The notes below the pieces were generated by a model, which had not been told where the DNA came from, searched no databases, and saw only the letters and a program-made list of their open reading frames with translations. A stretch of 64,000 nt of DNA from the NCBI GenBank assembly GCA_002104945.1, contig MCFH01000019.1:682001-746000 (forward strand), in the 5' to 3' direction. The DNA is from Piromyces finnis finn. Taxonomy: Eukaryota > Fungi > Neocallimastigomycota. Below, piece after piece: positions 47,480-60,659 of the stretch (positions are counted from its first letter, which is position 1; each line of letters begins with the position of its first letter). The position numbers were made by a program, and so were the translations under genes.

Positions 47480-50400
47480 TGTGAACATTTATGGACACAT
47501 AATTTTATTTATCTATATCATATATTTATTACACACGTGACTATTTTATAAAAACATAAACATGTATTAAAAGTGTTGTAAACGTAATGTCTACGTGTTG
47601 TAGAGAAAGTTATTTTTTATTTATTTTATTTTATTTTTTATGGTCACATGACCTTACATCTCATTATATAACTGTAATATTTACAATGTAACTTTTTCTC
47701 TTTGTTAACCTTATTAATAAAATTATTTATTAATTAAATTTATTTCACAGATTAAGAGTCTCAAACTCTAATCAATAATAAAAATTTCTTAAGAAAAATT
47801 TAAAACAAAATTTTGTGTATTAAAAATTTTAATATGTCCCAACAATTCATTTTAGCCAATGACCAACGTCTTCATGGAAAGTCCAACTTTGATACTTGGA
47901 GTAGACAGGGTCTAACTAGCTACCTTGAACAAGACATAGTTGGAACCATTAAAGACAACAACTTTGAGATAAACCTTAATCTCAAAGATGAATATAATAT
48001 GGCTATTATGAGGATTATTGCTGAAGCCGCGGACTACCGTCCTAACAGCAATCTTGCGTCTGTTTATAAAACCCTCATTAAGACTACGGGGGAGGACGCC
48101 AATACAAGCAGCAACATTAATAACAATGTTGTAGCCGCCAATAAATTGGCAAACTTGTCAATTTATAAGGCCGAGATTATATCAGCGGCTGAAAAGCTAA
48201 ATGCTGATACTTACCTTATGATCATTCAAAATGTGGATGAGAAGATCCTCAGAGAGATTGGTCATAGTTCCAATAGTTACCAAGTATTCAAAAAGTTGAA
48301 TACAAAATACGGTAACGCCAATGCAGACATTGAATACTGGCTAAAGAAGTTAAGAAAATTACATACAGAAGATGTAAGCAAAGTCAGTAAAACAATCGAT
48401 AAAATCAAGGAAATCTTCCTTGAGATGTCTGAATTAAAAATGTCCTTAAGTGAAAGGGAAAAACTAAAATATATGTACAATTCCCTTCCAAGAAGTGTCA
48501 AGAACCAAGTAAGTGTAACCTTAGATGAAACTTATGATCAGCTCTATGAGAAGGTCAAAAGTTATATCAACGCCAAATCCTACTTCGAAGATTGGACCAA
48601 CAACGACCAAGATGAAGATGACGAAGTTGATGATCCAATGGATGTTGATTTTGTTAGTAGAGAAAACAAATCAACAAAGAATAAAAGCTACGGTAATAGA
48701 AGAAATATAAACAGAAGCCACCGTACCTACTGCCATATCTGTTGTGAACATGGACACTCTACCGAAATGTGTGAATACAACCAAAAGGCCAAAATGGAAA
48801 GGGACCAAAGAAAAAACAACAACAGGGCCTTTAACCAAAGTAAACAAAAGAGAAATTCACAACAAGGGAGGCAAGTTCACAAGAAAAAACAACAAAAGAA
48901 ATTCGAACAAGAAGTAGATTTCGTCGAAGACTATGACGATAATGAAAATTATGGAATTAACGTAGAATTCGAAGATATCAGACCTCTGACAGAAAGAAAT
49001 ATCTACCTAATTGAAAAGGATGAAGTTACAGAGGAAGACACTCCTAACACAAAGAATATAGATTATGTGTATGGAGAAAATAAATACGACGAATGGTTCT
49101 ATGATACTGGTGCCGCCGAACATATCGTTAATAATAAGGACATTCTAGAGAACTTCACAGAAGAGCACATTCAACTTAGATGTGCAAATGGAACTACATG
49201 TGAATTTAGTGGTTATGGTTCATATGAGTTTAAGGTAAAAGACAAAACTTACAAGTTAGAAAAAGTTTTGTACTCAGACAAAGTTAGCAAGAATTTAATT
49301 AGTGGTGTAGGACTTGCTAAAGTTGGTTTAAGAAGCATTATAGATATTACTGATGATGGAAAAGTCAGGCTTATTTTCAAGGACTCTGAAAATAAAAATA
49401 TAATGCAAACGTATTCAAATGAATTAAACCAATTTAAAATTAAGCTCATAAACATTGATAAAAAGATAAATGAACCATTTATTGCAAATTTTGAAGATGA
49501 TTTAGGTATATGGCATAAGAGATTGGGCCATTTCTACCAGAAGGATCTGAAGAAATACCTAAAACAACATAAAATTAAAGTAACTCCTTGCCTAGATTGT
49601 AAAATATCTAAAATGAAGAAGTCTCCACATAACAAAACTGTACCCAAAGCCGGAAGAGTTCTAGAGACTATTCACTCCGATATTTCAGGCCCGTTTAATT
49701 CATCCGTCAATAATAAGAAGTATTTTATGACTATGCTGGATGAATACTCAAGAAAACTCTGGATTTATTCTCAAGTCAAGGTCTGAGGCACCGGACATTA
49801 TTATTGAATTCCTAAAGAATGCCAATAATACTTTTGACAAATATAAAGTCAAAACATTCAAGACAGATGGTGCAAAAGAGTATAATAGTAGTAAAGTTAT
49901 AAAATATTGTAAGGAAAACGGTATATCTAAGATAAATTCACCTCCTTACATACATGAATTAAATGGTAAAGCAGAAAGAATAAACCAAACAATTCAAAAT
50001 TCTGCTAAAACGCTTTTATATTGGGCTAAATTATCTGAAGACTTTTGGAGTTTTGCTGTTAAATATTCTTGTTATATTTACAACAAAATACCACACCAAG
50101 GAAACGATAACTTAATTCCTGATGAAGTGTTTACGAACGAGGAAGCCGATCTAAAATACCTAAAGGTATTTGGATGCATATGCTACTTTAAGGACTATTC
50201 TCTTAAAAAGTCAAAATTCGCGCCTAACTCGAAGGAAGGAATATTTCTTGGGTTCAGTGAAGCACATCACTCATATATCGTCATGGAGATATGTGGTGAT
50301 AAACTTAAAATCCACTATTCTAGGGAAATAGAATGCTGTGAAGATAAGCCGGCACATTATAATTATAAAAATAAAAATATAAACGATCCGTATTTCTCTT

Positions 50401-53369
50401 TCAATGATTCATATAATATCAATAATTACGACAGAAAGGACCCCTCAGAATCATCAAAGAACAACAACAATACGGATACAAATTCAATCATAAATAAAGA
50501 AAATAATAACACAGAAAGGACTACTTCCAAGAAAATGGTGAATATCCACTCCAATAATAATGATGAAGAAGAAATAGAAAAAGAAGAAATAGAAAAAGAA
50601 GAAGTAGAAGAAGAAATGGTTGAAGAAGGTAATAACAACAATATGGACGAGGACCCAGCTTATGAAAATACCAAATATAAAGACGAAGAGATAACTACCA
50701 AAGAAAAAGAAGAAACTAATATAAGGACTAATATTAATTCCAAAATGGAAGAAAATTCAAAAAACAATTTAAACAGTAATTTAAAAAGCGACACTCAAAC
50801 CAATAACAAAAATAATAATTCAAATTCGAAATTTAATAAAAATAAATTTACAAATGACATTTTAAAAGTTTTAGAAGAAATTGCAAATGACAATTGCAAT
50901 TTCGAAAAGAAAAATTACAAAATTTCTAATAATATTGACGAAAATAATAAATACCAATATCCTGTAACTCCTGGTCCTGATTACGTTTGTTATGGTAATA
51001 CTCTTGCCGACAAAAACAAAAATGAAATCATTAAAAATCCTGAATATTATAAAAATTCTCCTACTGAATATTCTACCACCGAAAATATTTCCTATACCAA
51101 AAATACTGGTGAAAATACTACTGAATATCCTAATACTGATCATAGTGAAAAAAATTTTATTAATAAAAATTTTTCAAAAATTCAAATTAAAAATGAAGAC
51201 ATTCTATTGGATGATAAACCAAATAATCCACGTCATAATTCTAGCAAAAATTCTAACGTTACACAGGATAATTCTATCTACTCTGATAATATTCACATTA
51301 ATGATACTAAAAATTTAAATTCAAAAATTTCTGATTCTCCTGATATGACACGTGATTCCCATTCTTATATTTCAGATGACAATAAATCTATGGATGATCC
51401 TGATCCAAACTTGGAAGATGAAAATGATATCATGGATGATATCATGACCGATAAATCTGATGATTCCTACCATCCTGAAAGAAAAAGGCCTTGCAGTCCT
51501 ACCTCTCTGAATAATTCCAGTACTCCTAAGAAGCACAAAAACAAATTTATAGCTACCGTTTTTACTGATGCTCCCACTACGTACAAAGAAGCTATGTCTT
51601 GTACGAATTCTAAATATTGGAAAGCAGCCATTCAAGATGAATTAAATAATTTATATTCTAACAAAATTATGTCCCTGGTTAAAAATATCCCAAAAAACAA
51701 GAATATTATATCTACCAAATGGGTTTTTGCTGTTAAAAGGGACAGCAATAATAATATTGTACGTTTTAAAGCTAGACTTGTCGCTAGAGGTTTCCGTCAA
51801 AAACAAGGTATTGATTTTGACTTAACCTATTCCCCTACATTAAATATTGACAGTCTAAAATTTATTATTGCTATTGCTGCAAAATTTAAGTGGGATATAT
51901 ATCAGCTTGATATAAAAGCTGCCTACCTCAATGCTCCATTGGATACAGATATTTATACCACAATTCCGCTTGGAGATAGCAACTTTGGGGGAGGATACTG
52001 GAAGCTGAATAAAGCTCTCTATGGTTTAAAACAATCAGGAAGACAATGGAATAAAACAATAGATAAATTCCTGAAAAATAATAACTTTAAACCATTAAAA
52101 TCCGAACCATGTATTTATACGTTAAAAGAAAATAAATACGTAAAATGTATAATTGGTCTATATGTAGACGACATGGTTATAATTGGAAAAACAAATACAA
52201 TAGAGAGAGTAATAAGCAAAATTAAAAGTAGATTTAAAATATCAAATAGCGGCCCTATTAGTTACATTCTAGGAATAAAGATTGAAAAGAAAGGATCCAA
52301 ATACATTATTTCCCAAGAGAATTACATTAATAATGTATTACAAAGATTTCATATGGAAAACGTACGTAGAAGAAATACGCCATGTACAACAACCGACAAG
52401 AACACCTCAAATAATAACCAATTTGATAAAACAAAATATAAAAGTGCAATAGGTGCATTAATATATCTGTCAAAATGTACAAGACCGGATATAGCGTTTG
52501 CAGTAAACAAAGCTGCAAGAAAATCTGAAAATCCAACAGTATCTGACTGGAATACAATTGTAAATATTTTCAGATACATATCTACTACCAAACATTACAA
52601 AATCGAATACAGTGGAGAAGGAAAAATACAAGGATACACTGATTCGGACTACGGAGGCGCAGAAGACTTTAAATCTACCTCTGGAGGGATAATCCTAATG
52701 GGAAATAGCCCAATATGCTGGTTATCCAAGAAACAAACTTGTGTGGCAACATCTACCGCTGAGGCTGAGTACATTAGTACGTCCATGAATACGAAGAAAA
52801 TCTTATGGATCAAAAACATGGTGGACGAAATTTTTAATTACAACAAAAATATAACTTTATTCACCGACAACAAAGCAAGCAAGAAAATAATAGAAAACGG
52901 TGAAATAAACACAAAGTTAAAACACATAAATATACACTACCACTTCATTATTGACAACATAGAAAAGAACAATATAAAAATCGAATATGTAAATACTAAA
53001 GAAATGTTAGCTGACCCTCTAACTAAAGATCTACCTGGTCCAAGAATGTTTGATTATACAAATAAGATATTCTTAAAGAAAATCTAATTTGAGGGGGAGT
53101 GTGAACATTTATGGACACATAATTTTATTTATCTATATCATATATTTATTACACACGTGACTATTTTATAAAAACATAAACATGTATTAAAAGTGTTGTA
53201 AACGTAATGTCTACGTGTTGTAGAGAAAGTTATTTTTTATTTATTTTATTTTATTTTTTATGGTCACATGACCTTACATCTCATTATATAACTGTAATAT
53301 TTACAATGTAACTTTTTCTCTTTGTTAACCTTATTAATAAAATTATTTATTAATTAAATTTATTTCACA
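47480..53369 (+). mobile_element. Full-length Ty1/copia element 'copia-1' with 5-bp TSD ATCAC
   Basis: 270-bp LTRs at 47480-47749 and 53100-53369 (TGTGAA...TTCACA), identical by eye. PBS 47750-47763, PPT GAGGGGGAG at 53091-53099. Confidence 0.95.
47834..53087 (+). CDS. copia-1 gag-pol (CCHC, protease, integrase, RT, RNase H); frameshift at ~49763-49769 in the integrase
   Basis: CHICCEHGHSTEMC, WFYDTGAAEH, WHKRLGH, IHSDISGP, KARLVARGF, YVDD, YTDSDYG; ORFs 47813..49786 and 49740..53087 overlap. Confidence 0.9.
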
Positions 53370-53654
53370 ATCACAATAATAATATTCAAAATATTTTAAA
53401 TATATTTATGCTGTATTAATATGTTTATATGTTTTTAGTAAACGAAAGATAATATATATTATTGATTTTTATGTATAAAGATATTTTTAGTTTTTAATTG
53501 TGTATTTATAATTATAAACTTTTATTTTCTGTTTTTTCTTTCTAACTTTTATTCATATAAAAATTATATATAATTGTTAATAGAATTAATTGTTTTTTGT
53601 TAAATGTTACATATATTTTTTTAATATATATTTAACTCAACCATAATTCCTATA

Positions 53655-53995
53655 TTTTTTTTATTTAACTTCCGAGTGCATTTCTCCCATCAATTGAAGT
53701 TAGTCCCAATGGTGGTTCTTAGAGAAACGTTGGCTCATTCCTATTGCTAGGTGGTTGTGACCCTCCTGGTCTGTCATACTGTTTCTTCAGCTTCGACGCT
53801 CACTTAATCCATGTACATTAGATGCATGTCGTTGTACGATATTTCACAACTACAATACTAAGCCTCTTATAGTCAATTTTGATCACGTGTCAACCGCCCC
53901 CTAATGTTTACACTTAAATTGATTAAGGAATATTATGTGTTTTTGGCATTAACCTAAGTCACCACTTATTAAATTCTAATTTGGAATGTATCATG
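53655..53995 (-). mobile_element. 5'-truncated SINE-1 copy
   Basis: Reverse complement of the SINE-1 3' ~330 bp with a few substitutions; A-rich tail; no head. Confidence 0.85.
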
Positions 53996-54755
53996 ATAAA
54001 AAAAAAAAAAAGACATACAGTAAAAGCAATAATTATATTGAAATTACATCACATCTTATTTTTGTGGTGAATAATGATGAATTCTTATAATATTTATTAA
54101 TTGTAAAGATATCAAACGCCTCTGTTTGATATCTTTAATGTAACTTAAGCCACAAGTATTATTGTTTAAGTTACACAAATTATATTCAGAAAAAGAAAAT
54201 GAGACATAATTTATTTATTAATAATTAAAGTTTAAAACAAAATAAATTATTAATTTATTTTTAATGTTTAACAAGTAAATTAATATTCTCAATTTAAATC
54301 CCTAGTTTTAGTATTGTTTTTTTTAGAAATAGATAAATAATAAATGATTAATATATCAATAATACATGGGCACATATTCAAATTAAATAGTACTTAATTT
54401 GAATTGCCAATTGTATTTTACTAAAAATAGTTATAGTTTAAATATTTATTAATAATTAAGATTTTAGTGTAGATTTTAAATAATAATATATAAGAAATAA
54501 ATAGTTATAATATAATATAAATGTATTTAGGAAAAATATAAATAGAAGATATTTTTCATCATTTTATCGATGTAATTGTTATTATTAAAATTCTATTATA
54601 ATAAAAGATATTTTTAATAAAACAATTTTTTATTTTTATTTTAAATTTAGTGTTATTGTAATAGAATAGATATCCTAATCTATTCTTTCTGTGTCGACTT
54701 TACAATAACAATTACCTAACTACTTCAAGAGTACGTTAGGATATCTACTACTGTC

Positions 54756-54878
54756 AGAAGAAGAATTTATAGAAGAACTTGGTTGCTACCATAGAAGAAG
54801 AATCTACCGAAGTACTTGGTTGCTACCACAGAAGAAGAATTTATAGAAGAACTTGGTTGCTACCATAGAAGAAGAATT
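54756..54878 (+). repeat. 37-bp tandem repeat (x3.3) in the chromovirus leader
   Basis: AGAAGAAGAATTTATAGAAGAACTTGGTTGCTACCAT and variants; an A36 tract follows at 55027-55062. Confidence 0.85.
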
Positions 54879-55022
54879 ACTGAAACAATTATAGGTTAAA
54901 CTCTGTTGCTGCCCTTGTTAAAGGAATTCTACCGAAGGAATCAATATATAGATACAAAACTTGTTCGACACTGCTTTGCAGAACGCGTTTGAATAACTTT
55001 TGTATTTAAATAGATTGTATTA

Positions 55023-55064
<42 letters not shown>

Positions 55065-55124
55065 AAGATTACTTACTTGAAACAGTAGTAAGAAAACATT
55101 TTTTATTTTATTTAATAGTTTACG

Positions 55125-58100
55125 TTGGAGGCCTTAATTAGTGAGTTTGAAAGTTTAAATTTAGAGATGGGTGATAGGACTGTGGATGTTTCTGGGAATT
55201 CGGGGAACATTATTAATGCTCCACCGATATTTTCTGGTAAACAAAGAGAATTGGATGGATTTTTAACCAGAGTTGAGTTGGTATTTCGTACTCGACCGAC
55301 ACTGTATAATACAGATCGAGTCAAGGTCGACTTCGTTATATCATACTTCTCTGGTAAACCTTTGGAATGGGCTTCAGTGTTGATGAAGAATAATAGTGGG
55401 GTTTTAAATCATTATGATGAATTTGTAGATAGGTTGAAGGCTAATTTTGGCAGTTATAGATACGATACCGTTGTAGCTAACGGAAAATTAGATAATCTTC
55501 GCCAAAGGAAACTTGGTCAGGTATTAGATTACATTACCGAGTTTCAACGTATTAGCCAAAATTCAAGCTTTAATGATAGCGCAAAAATCTACATGTTTCT
55601 GAAAGGTTTATTACCACCACTTAGGGAGAAGTTGGCTTTCATTGAATCAAACCCAACTTCAATTGAACAATTGATTTCTTCAACTATTTTAGTTGAAGAT
55701 ATGATGAAAAGGAATTCTTTAAGTGAATTTTATTTTAATGGTAGAAGGGCTAATGATCCTATGGATGTGGATGTATTTAAAATTAGTAGAGAGAATAAAC
55801 GCAAAAGGTATGTGAATATCCAAGGATCAAGTAAAAATTACAATGAAAACATAGACAATTTTGAAGAAGAAAAGAAAAAAGGGTTATGTTTTCTTTGTAA
55901 ACAACCGGGACATTTAAAGTTTAATTGTCCTAATAGAGTAAAGCCCAGAAAAGTGTTAAGAATTGTTAAAGAAAGGACTCCAAAAATTGTTAATCCAAAA
56001 ATTTACAAAGTTGGAGTCAAGGGAGTGAAAAGTGATTTAAACCTTGTGGACTTTTACTTGAGTACCAATGAAGTTTCGGAAGTTAAAATTAAGGTTTTAA
56101 TTGATTCCGGTTCTGAATTAAATTTCATTAATCCAAGTCTTGCTGAAGAACTTGGTATTAATTTGGAAAAAGTGGAACCATTCCGTGTTTCAGGTGTTAG
56201 TGATGGAGTTGTTAGTGTTTGGGAAAGGACTGAGAAGTGCATGCTCCGCTGCAAAAATCACTTCGAAGTAATTCAACTTTATGGATTACAAGTCCCCGGT
56301 GTTGATGTTATTCTTGGTTTGCCGTGGATAAAGAAGCATAATCCAAATGCTTTCTACGACTCTAAGAAAATCGCTTTTAGTTCTGGTTATTGTGCCAGAC
56401 ATTGTAATAAAGGCAAAAGAAAGAGAAAACCAAGAAAGAAGTCAAAGAATGATCAGTTAGATCATGATGTTCTCGACCGAAGCTTGACCAAAAAGCCGAA
56501 AGTAGATCCCTCTGTCCCAAACAATGAAGAAAAAGAATATGTTAAAGGCCGCCTTGTTAGAACTATCAATGATGAAGATGATAGCGATGATGAATATATT
56601 AGTTTTAATAAAAAAGTTAAATGTATTGTAACAAAAATTAATGAAATATGTAATAATGATAACGAATCATGTAGTAATAATGATAATGAAAAAGATATTA
56701 ATAAAGATAAATTGGTCGCCGTACCAACCCAATATTTAGAATTTAGTGAAGTGTTTAATGAAAAAAATTGTGAAGTGTTACCTCCTCATAGACCTTATGA
56801 TTGTGAAATCAAACTTAAAGATGATTCGACTTTATTTTATGGACCTTTGTATCCATTAACTGAAGTTGAAAGAGAGGAACTTAAAAAATATATTGATGAT
56901 AATTTAAATAAAGGTTTTATTAGGAAATCATCGTCTCCTGCTGGTGCCCCAATTTTATTTGTTAAAAAGAAGGATGGCTCCCTAAGACTTTGTATCGATT
57001 ATAGAAAGTTGAATGATATTACCATTCGTAATTCATATCCTTTACCTTTAATTAGTGACCTTTTGGATAGGGTGAAAAATGCTAAGATTTTTACTAAATT
57101 AGACCTTAAATCCGCTTATAATCTTGTTCGTATTAAAGAAGGTGATGAATACAAAACGGCTTTTCGTACTAGATATGGACATTTTGAATATCTGGTTATG
57201 CCTTTTGGATTAAAGAATGCTCCTGCAACTTTTCAACACTTCATTAACGATGTCCTTAGTGACTGTTTAGACGATTTTGTTATCTCATATATTGATGATA
57301 TTCTTATTTATTCTAATAATATCGAAGAACATCATGAGCATGTTAAAAAGGTACTTAAGAAACTACTTGAAAATAATCTTTATGTTAAATTAGAAAAATG
57401 TGAGTTTGATGTTGAGAAAACCACTTTTCTTGGTTATGTCATTTCAAAGGATGGATTGCAAATGGATGAAAATAAAGTTAAAGCAATTCTCGATTGGCCG
57501 GTTCCCAAGAATGTTAAAGAGGTTCAGTCTTTTATTGGTTTATGTAACTATTACAGAATTTTTATTAAAGACTTTGCTAAAATTGCAAACCCTCTTCACA
57601 AACTCACTAGAAAGAATGTTGCTTTTAACTGGGTGAAAGAAGATCAGGACGCTTTTATTTTATTAAAATCTCTGTTCACGTCAGCTCCTATTCTGAAACA
57701 TGCGGATAGTAATAAACAATTTATTGTAGAAACTGATGCTAGTAATTATGCTGTCGGTGCTATTCTCTCTCAAGAATTTGATGGCAAATTACATCCTATT
57801 GCATTTCTTTCTAAAAGTTTGACGAGTTGTCAAAGAAACTATCCTATATATGACAAGGAACTTTTTGCTATTGTAGTTGCTCTTGAAGAATGGCGTCATT
57901 ATTTAGAAGGTGCACGCCATCCGTTCATAATTTATACTGATCACAAGAATTTAACATTTCCTAGAAAACCTGAAATGTTATCTCAGAGACAAATTAGATG
58001 GAATTTGTTCTTATCCAGATTTGATTTTAAACTCATTTATAGAGCTGGAAAGAAATCCGGTAAGCCTGATATCCTGTCTCGTAGAAGTGACCATTTAGAG

Positions 58101-59714
58101 AATAATATTAATTCTGATGTTTCTTGTCTTACTATTTCGTTTCATCATAGCGATAACAAACCGTTAATCGATTCTATTTTATTAGAACTTAAAAATGACG
58201 ATTTGTATAATTCTATTGTCCAATTTAAAATGAATGGTTCTGCATGTAATGCACCTATTAAAAATATTGATAAAGTTATTATTGATAACGAGGGATTTTT
58301 GTTATATAATAATCTTATTTATGTTCCTAAATCTCTTAGGACAAGAGTTTTGGAACTTCATCATGATTCTGTTGCTGCTGGTCATTTCGGTATTAAGAAA
58401 ACCACTGAACTGATTTCCAGAAACTTTTGGTGGCCAAGGTTTCATTCAGACGTTAAATCTTTTATCAAATCTTGCGTGACTTGTTGCAAATCCAAAGTCC
58501 CCAGACATAAGCCTTATGGATTGTTATCCCCTTTGGACACTCCCAGTAGGCCCTGGTCTGATATTTCTATTGATTTTATTGTTGATCTTCCTAAGTCCAG
58601 AGATATGACAACTCTCATGGTTGTTGTCGATAGATTTACTAAATTTGCTCACGCCATTCCTTTACGTTGTCTTCCTACTGCTTCAATTGCTGCTGATGCT
58701 TTTATTGCTAATGTCTTCCGTTTGCATGGTCTTCCTGATTCCATCATTTCTGATAGAGGCTCGCAATTTACTTCTGACTTTTGGTCAAGACTTTGTGACC
58801 TTCTTAATATCAATCATTCATTATCAACTGCCAACCATCCGCAGACAGATGGTCAAACGGAGAGGGTGAACGGCATATTAGAACAATATTTCCGTTGTTT
58901 TATAAATAAAAAGCAGAATAACTGGGTTGATCTTATCCCATTTGCTGAATTTGCATATAATAATACTTTACAACAATCTATAAATCAATCTCCATTCTTT
59001 GCTAATTATGGTTTTCATCCAAAGTTCAGCTTAGAAATTCCAGCTAATGATAGACCTAGTAGAGCTGAACAAAGAGTAATTGATATGAATGAAAACTTTA
59101 AATTATTAAAAGAAAACTTAGAAAAAGCAAAAGAAACATATAAGAAATATGCCGATATGAAGAGAATGATTCCCCCGGAGTTCGAAGTGGGAAAGAAGGT
59201 ATGGTTATTGAAAGATTCTCCTGGAACTAACCTAAAGAGAAAATTAGCACCTCAAATGCTTGGCCCATTTGAGATAATTGGAAAAGTTAGTTCTCTCGCT
59301 TTCAAATTGAAACTTCCAAAGACAATGAGATGTCATCCAGTCTTTCATGTTTCATTGTTAGAACCATACTTTGAAAACAAGTTTAACGACAGGTCTAATC
59401 GTAGGAAGAGGAACATTCACCTTAACACAGATTTAATTGAAAAAATTCCAGAGAAAATTGAAAAGATGAAATCTGTTAATGGTGAAACATTTTATAAGTT
59501 ATCATGGAAAGGATTTGACAAATCCACTTGGATTTCTGAAGATCAGATTCCAGATAAACAATTAATACAAGAGTTTGAAAGAAACTCTAAAAAGTCAAAA
59601 TATAAGTCGAACGACTCCTCCATGAAAATTAGAAAGAATAAAGTTGGTAATCTAATCAAGCACAGATACCAACCATTTGTAATTGAAATTCCTTCGAGAA
59701 AAGATTCCTTATAA
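55125..59714 (+). CDS. gypsy-3 single-ORF gag-pol with C-terminal chromodomain
   Basis: CFLCKQPGHLKFNC, LIDSGS, YIDD, TDASNYAVG, HFG...C..C, GPF, and chromodomain-like FYKLSWKGFDKSTW. The annotated start is TTG; the first in-frame ATG is 55167. Confidence 0.93.
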   Translation: MEALISEFESLNLEMGDRTVDVSGNSGNIINAPPIFSGKQRELDGFLTRVELVFRTRPTLYNTDRVKVDFVISYFSGKPLEWASVLMKNNSGVLNHYDEFVDRLKANFGSYRYDTVVANGKLDNLRQRKLGQVLDYITEFQRISQNSSFNDSAKIYMFLKGLLPPLREKLAFIESNPTSIEQLISSTILVEDMMKRNSLSEFYFNGRRANDPMDVDVFKISRENKRKRYVNIQGSSKNYNENIDNFEEEKKKGLCFLCKQPGHLKFNCPNRVKPRKVLRIVKERTPKIVNPKIYKVGVKGVKSDLNLVDFYLSTNEVSEVKIKVLIDSGSELNFINPSLAEELGINLEKVEPFRVSGVSDGVVSVWERTEKCMLRCKNHFEVIQLYGLQVPGVDVILGLPWIKKHNPNAFYDSKKIAFSSGYCARHCNKGKRKRKPRKKSKNDQLDHDVLDRSLTKKPKVDPSVPNNEEKEYVKGRLVRTINDEDDSDDEYISFNKKVKCIVTKINEICNNDNESCSNNDNEKDINKDKLVAVPTQYLEFSEVFNEKNCEVLPPHRPYDCEIKLKDDSTLFYGPLYPLTEVEREELKKYIDDNLNKGFIRKSSSPAGAPILFVKKKDGSLRLCIDYRKLNDITIRNSYPLPLISDLLDRVKNAKIFTKLDLKSAYNLVRIKEGDEYKTAFRTRYGHFEYLVMPFGLKNAPATFQHFINDVLSDCLDDFVISYIDDILIYSNNIEEHHEHVKKVLKKLLENNLYVKLEKCEFDVEKTTFLGYVISKDGLQMDENKVKAILDWPVPKNVKEVQSFIGLCNYYRIFIKDFAKIANPLHKLTRKNVAFNWVKEDQDAFILLKSLFTSAPILKHADSNKQFIVETDASNYAVGAILSQEFDGKLHPIAFLSKSLTSCQRNYPIYDKELFAIVVALEEWRHYLEGARHPFIIYTDHKNLTFPRKPEMLSQRQIRWNLFLSRFDFKLIYRAGKKSGKPDILSRRSDHLENNINSDVSCLTISFHHSDNKPLIDSILLELKNDDLYNSIVQFKMNGSACNAPIKNIDKVIIDNEGFLLYNNLIYVPKSLRTRVLELHHDSVAAGHFGIKKTTELISRNFWWPRFHSDVKSFIKSCVTCCKSKVPRHKPYGLLSPLDTPSRPWSDISIDFIVDLPKSRDMTTLMVVVDRFTKFAHAIPLRCLPTASIAADAFIANVFRLHGLPDSIISDRGSQFTSDFWSRLCDLLNINHSLSTANHPQTDGQTERVNGILEQYFRCFINKKQNNWVDLIPFAEFAYNNTLQQSINQSPFFANYGFHPKFSLEIPANDRPSRAEQRVIDMNENFKLLKENLEKAKETYKKYADMKRMIPPEFEVGKKVWLLKDSPGTNLKRKLAPQMLGPFEIIGKVSSLAFKLKLPKTMRCHPVFHVSLLEPYFENKFNDRSNRRKRNIHLNTDLIEKIPEKIEKMKSVNGETFYKLSWKGFDKSTWISEDQIPDKQLIQEFERNSKKSKYKSNDSSMKIRKNKVGNLIKHRYQPFVIEIPSRKDSL

Positions 59715-60659
59715 ATTAATCTCGCAGGAGCTCGACTTAGAGAGAGAGATTGTAAAGATATCAAACGCCTCTGTTTGATATCTTTAATGTAACTTAAGCC
59801 ACAAGTATTATTGTTTAAGTTACACAAATTATATTCAGAAAAAGAAAATGAGACATAATTTATTTATTAATAATTAAAGTTTAAAACAAAATAAATTATT
59901 AATTTATTTTTAATGTTTAACAAGTAAATTAATATTCTCAATTTAAATCCCTAGTTTTAGTATTGTTTTTTTTAGAAATAGATAAATAATAAATGATTAA
60001 TATATCAATAATACATGGGCACATATTCAAATTAAATAGTACTTAATTTGAATTGCCAATTGTATTTTACTAAAAATAGTTATAGTTTAAATATTTATTA
60101 ATAATTAAGATTTTAGTGTAGATTTTAAATAATAATATATAAGAAATAAATAGTTATAATATAATATAAATGTATTTAGGAAAAATATAAATAGAAGATA
60201 TTTTTCATCATTTTATCGATGTAATTGTTATTATTAAAATTCTATTATAATAAAAGATATTTTTAATAAAACAATTTTTTATTTTTATTTTAAATTTAGT
60301 GTTATTGTAATAGAATAGATATCCTAATCTATTCTTTCTGTGTCGACTTTACATTAATATTTTAAATATTATTATTATTTAAAAAAAATTGAATTTAATA
60401 TAGAGTTTAAATTCAAGTTATTTTATATTTCAATATTATTTATAATGTTGTTTATTATTTTAAACCATCTCTCTATTAAATATTATTATTATATTATCTA
60501 TATATGATACTTTATTATTTTCTTTTTCCATTTATGTCTTTTAACGTTTTTAAAGTATAGTTATTTAAACGCCTAATTATATCTTCTTTATTTTTTTTTT
60601 TTTTAAAAAAAAGGTAATTCTTAATCTAAAATAAAATATTAACTAATAGTTTTATATAT

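Larger units (their letters stand above)
54102..60353 (+). mobile_element. Full-length chromovirus (Ty3/gypsy, Tf1/sushi-like) 'gypsy-3' with 5-bp TSD TTAAT
   Basis: 603-bp LTRs at 54102-54704 and 59751-60353 (TGTAAAG...CTTTACA), identical by eye; purine tract before the 3' LTR; no tRNA-type PBS. Confidence 0.95.
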
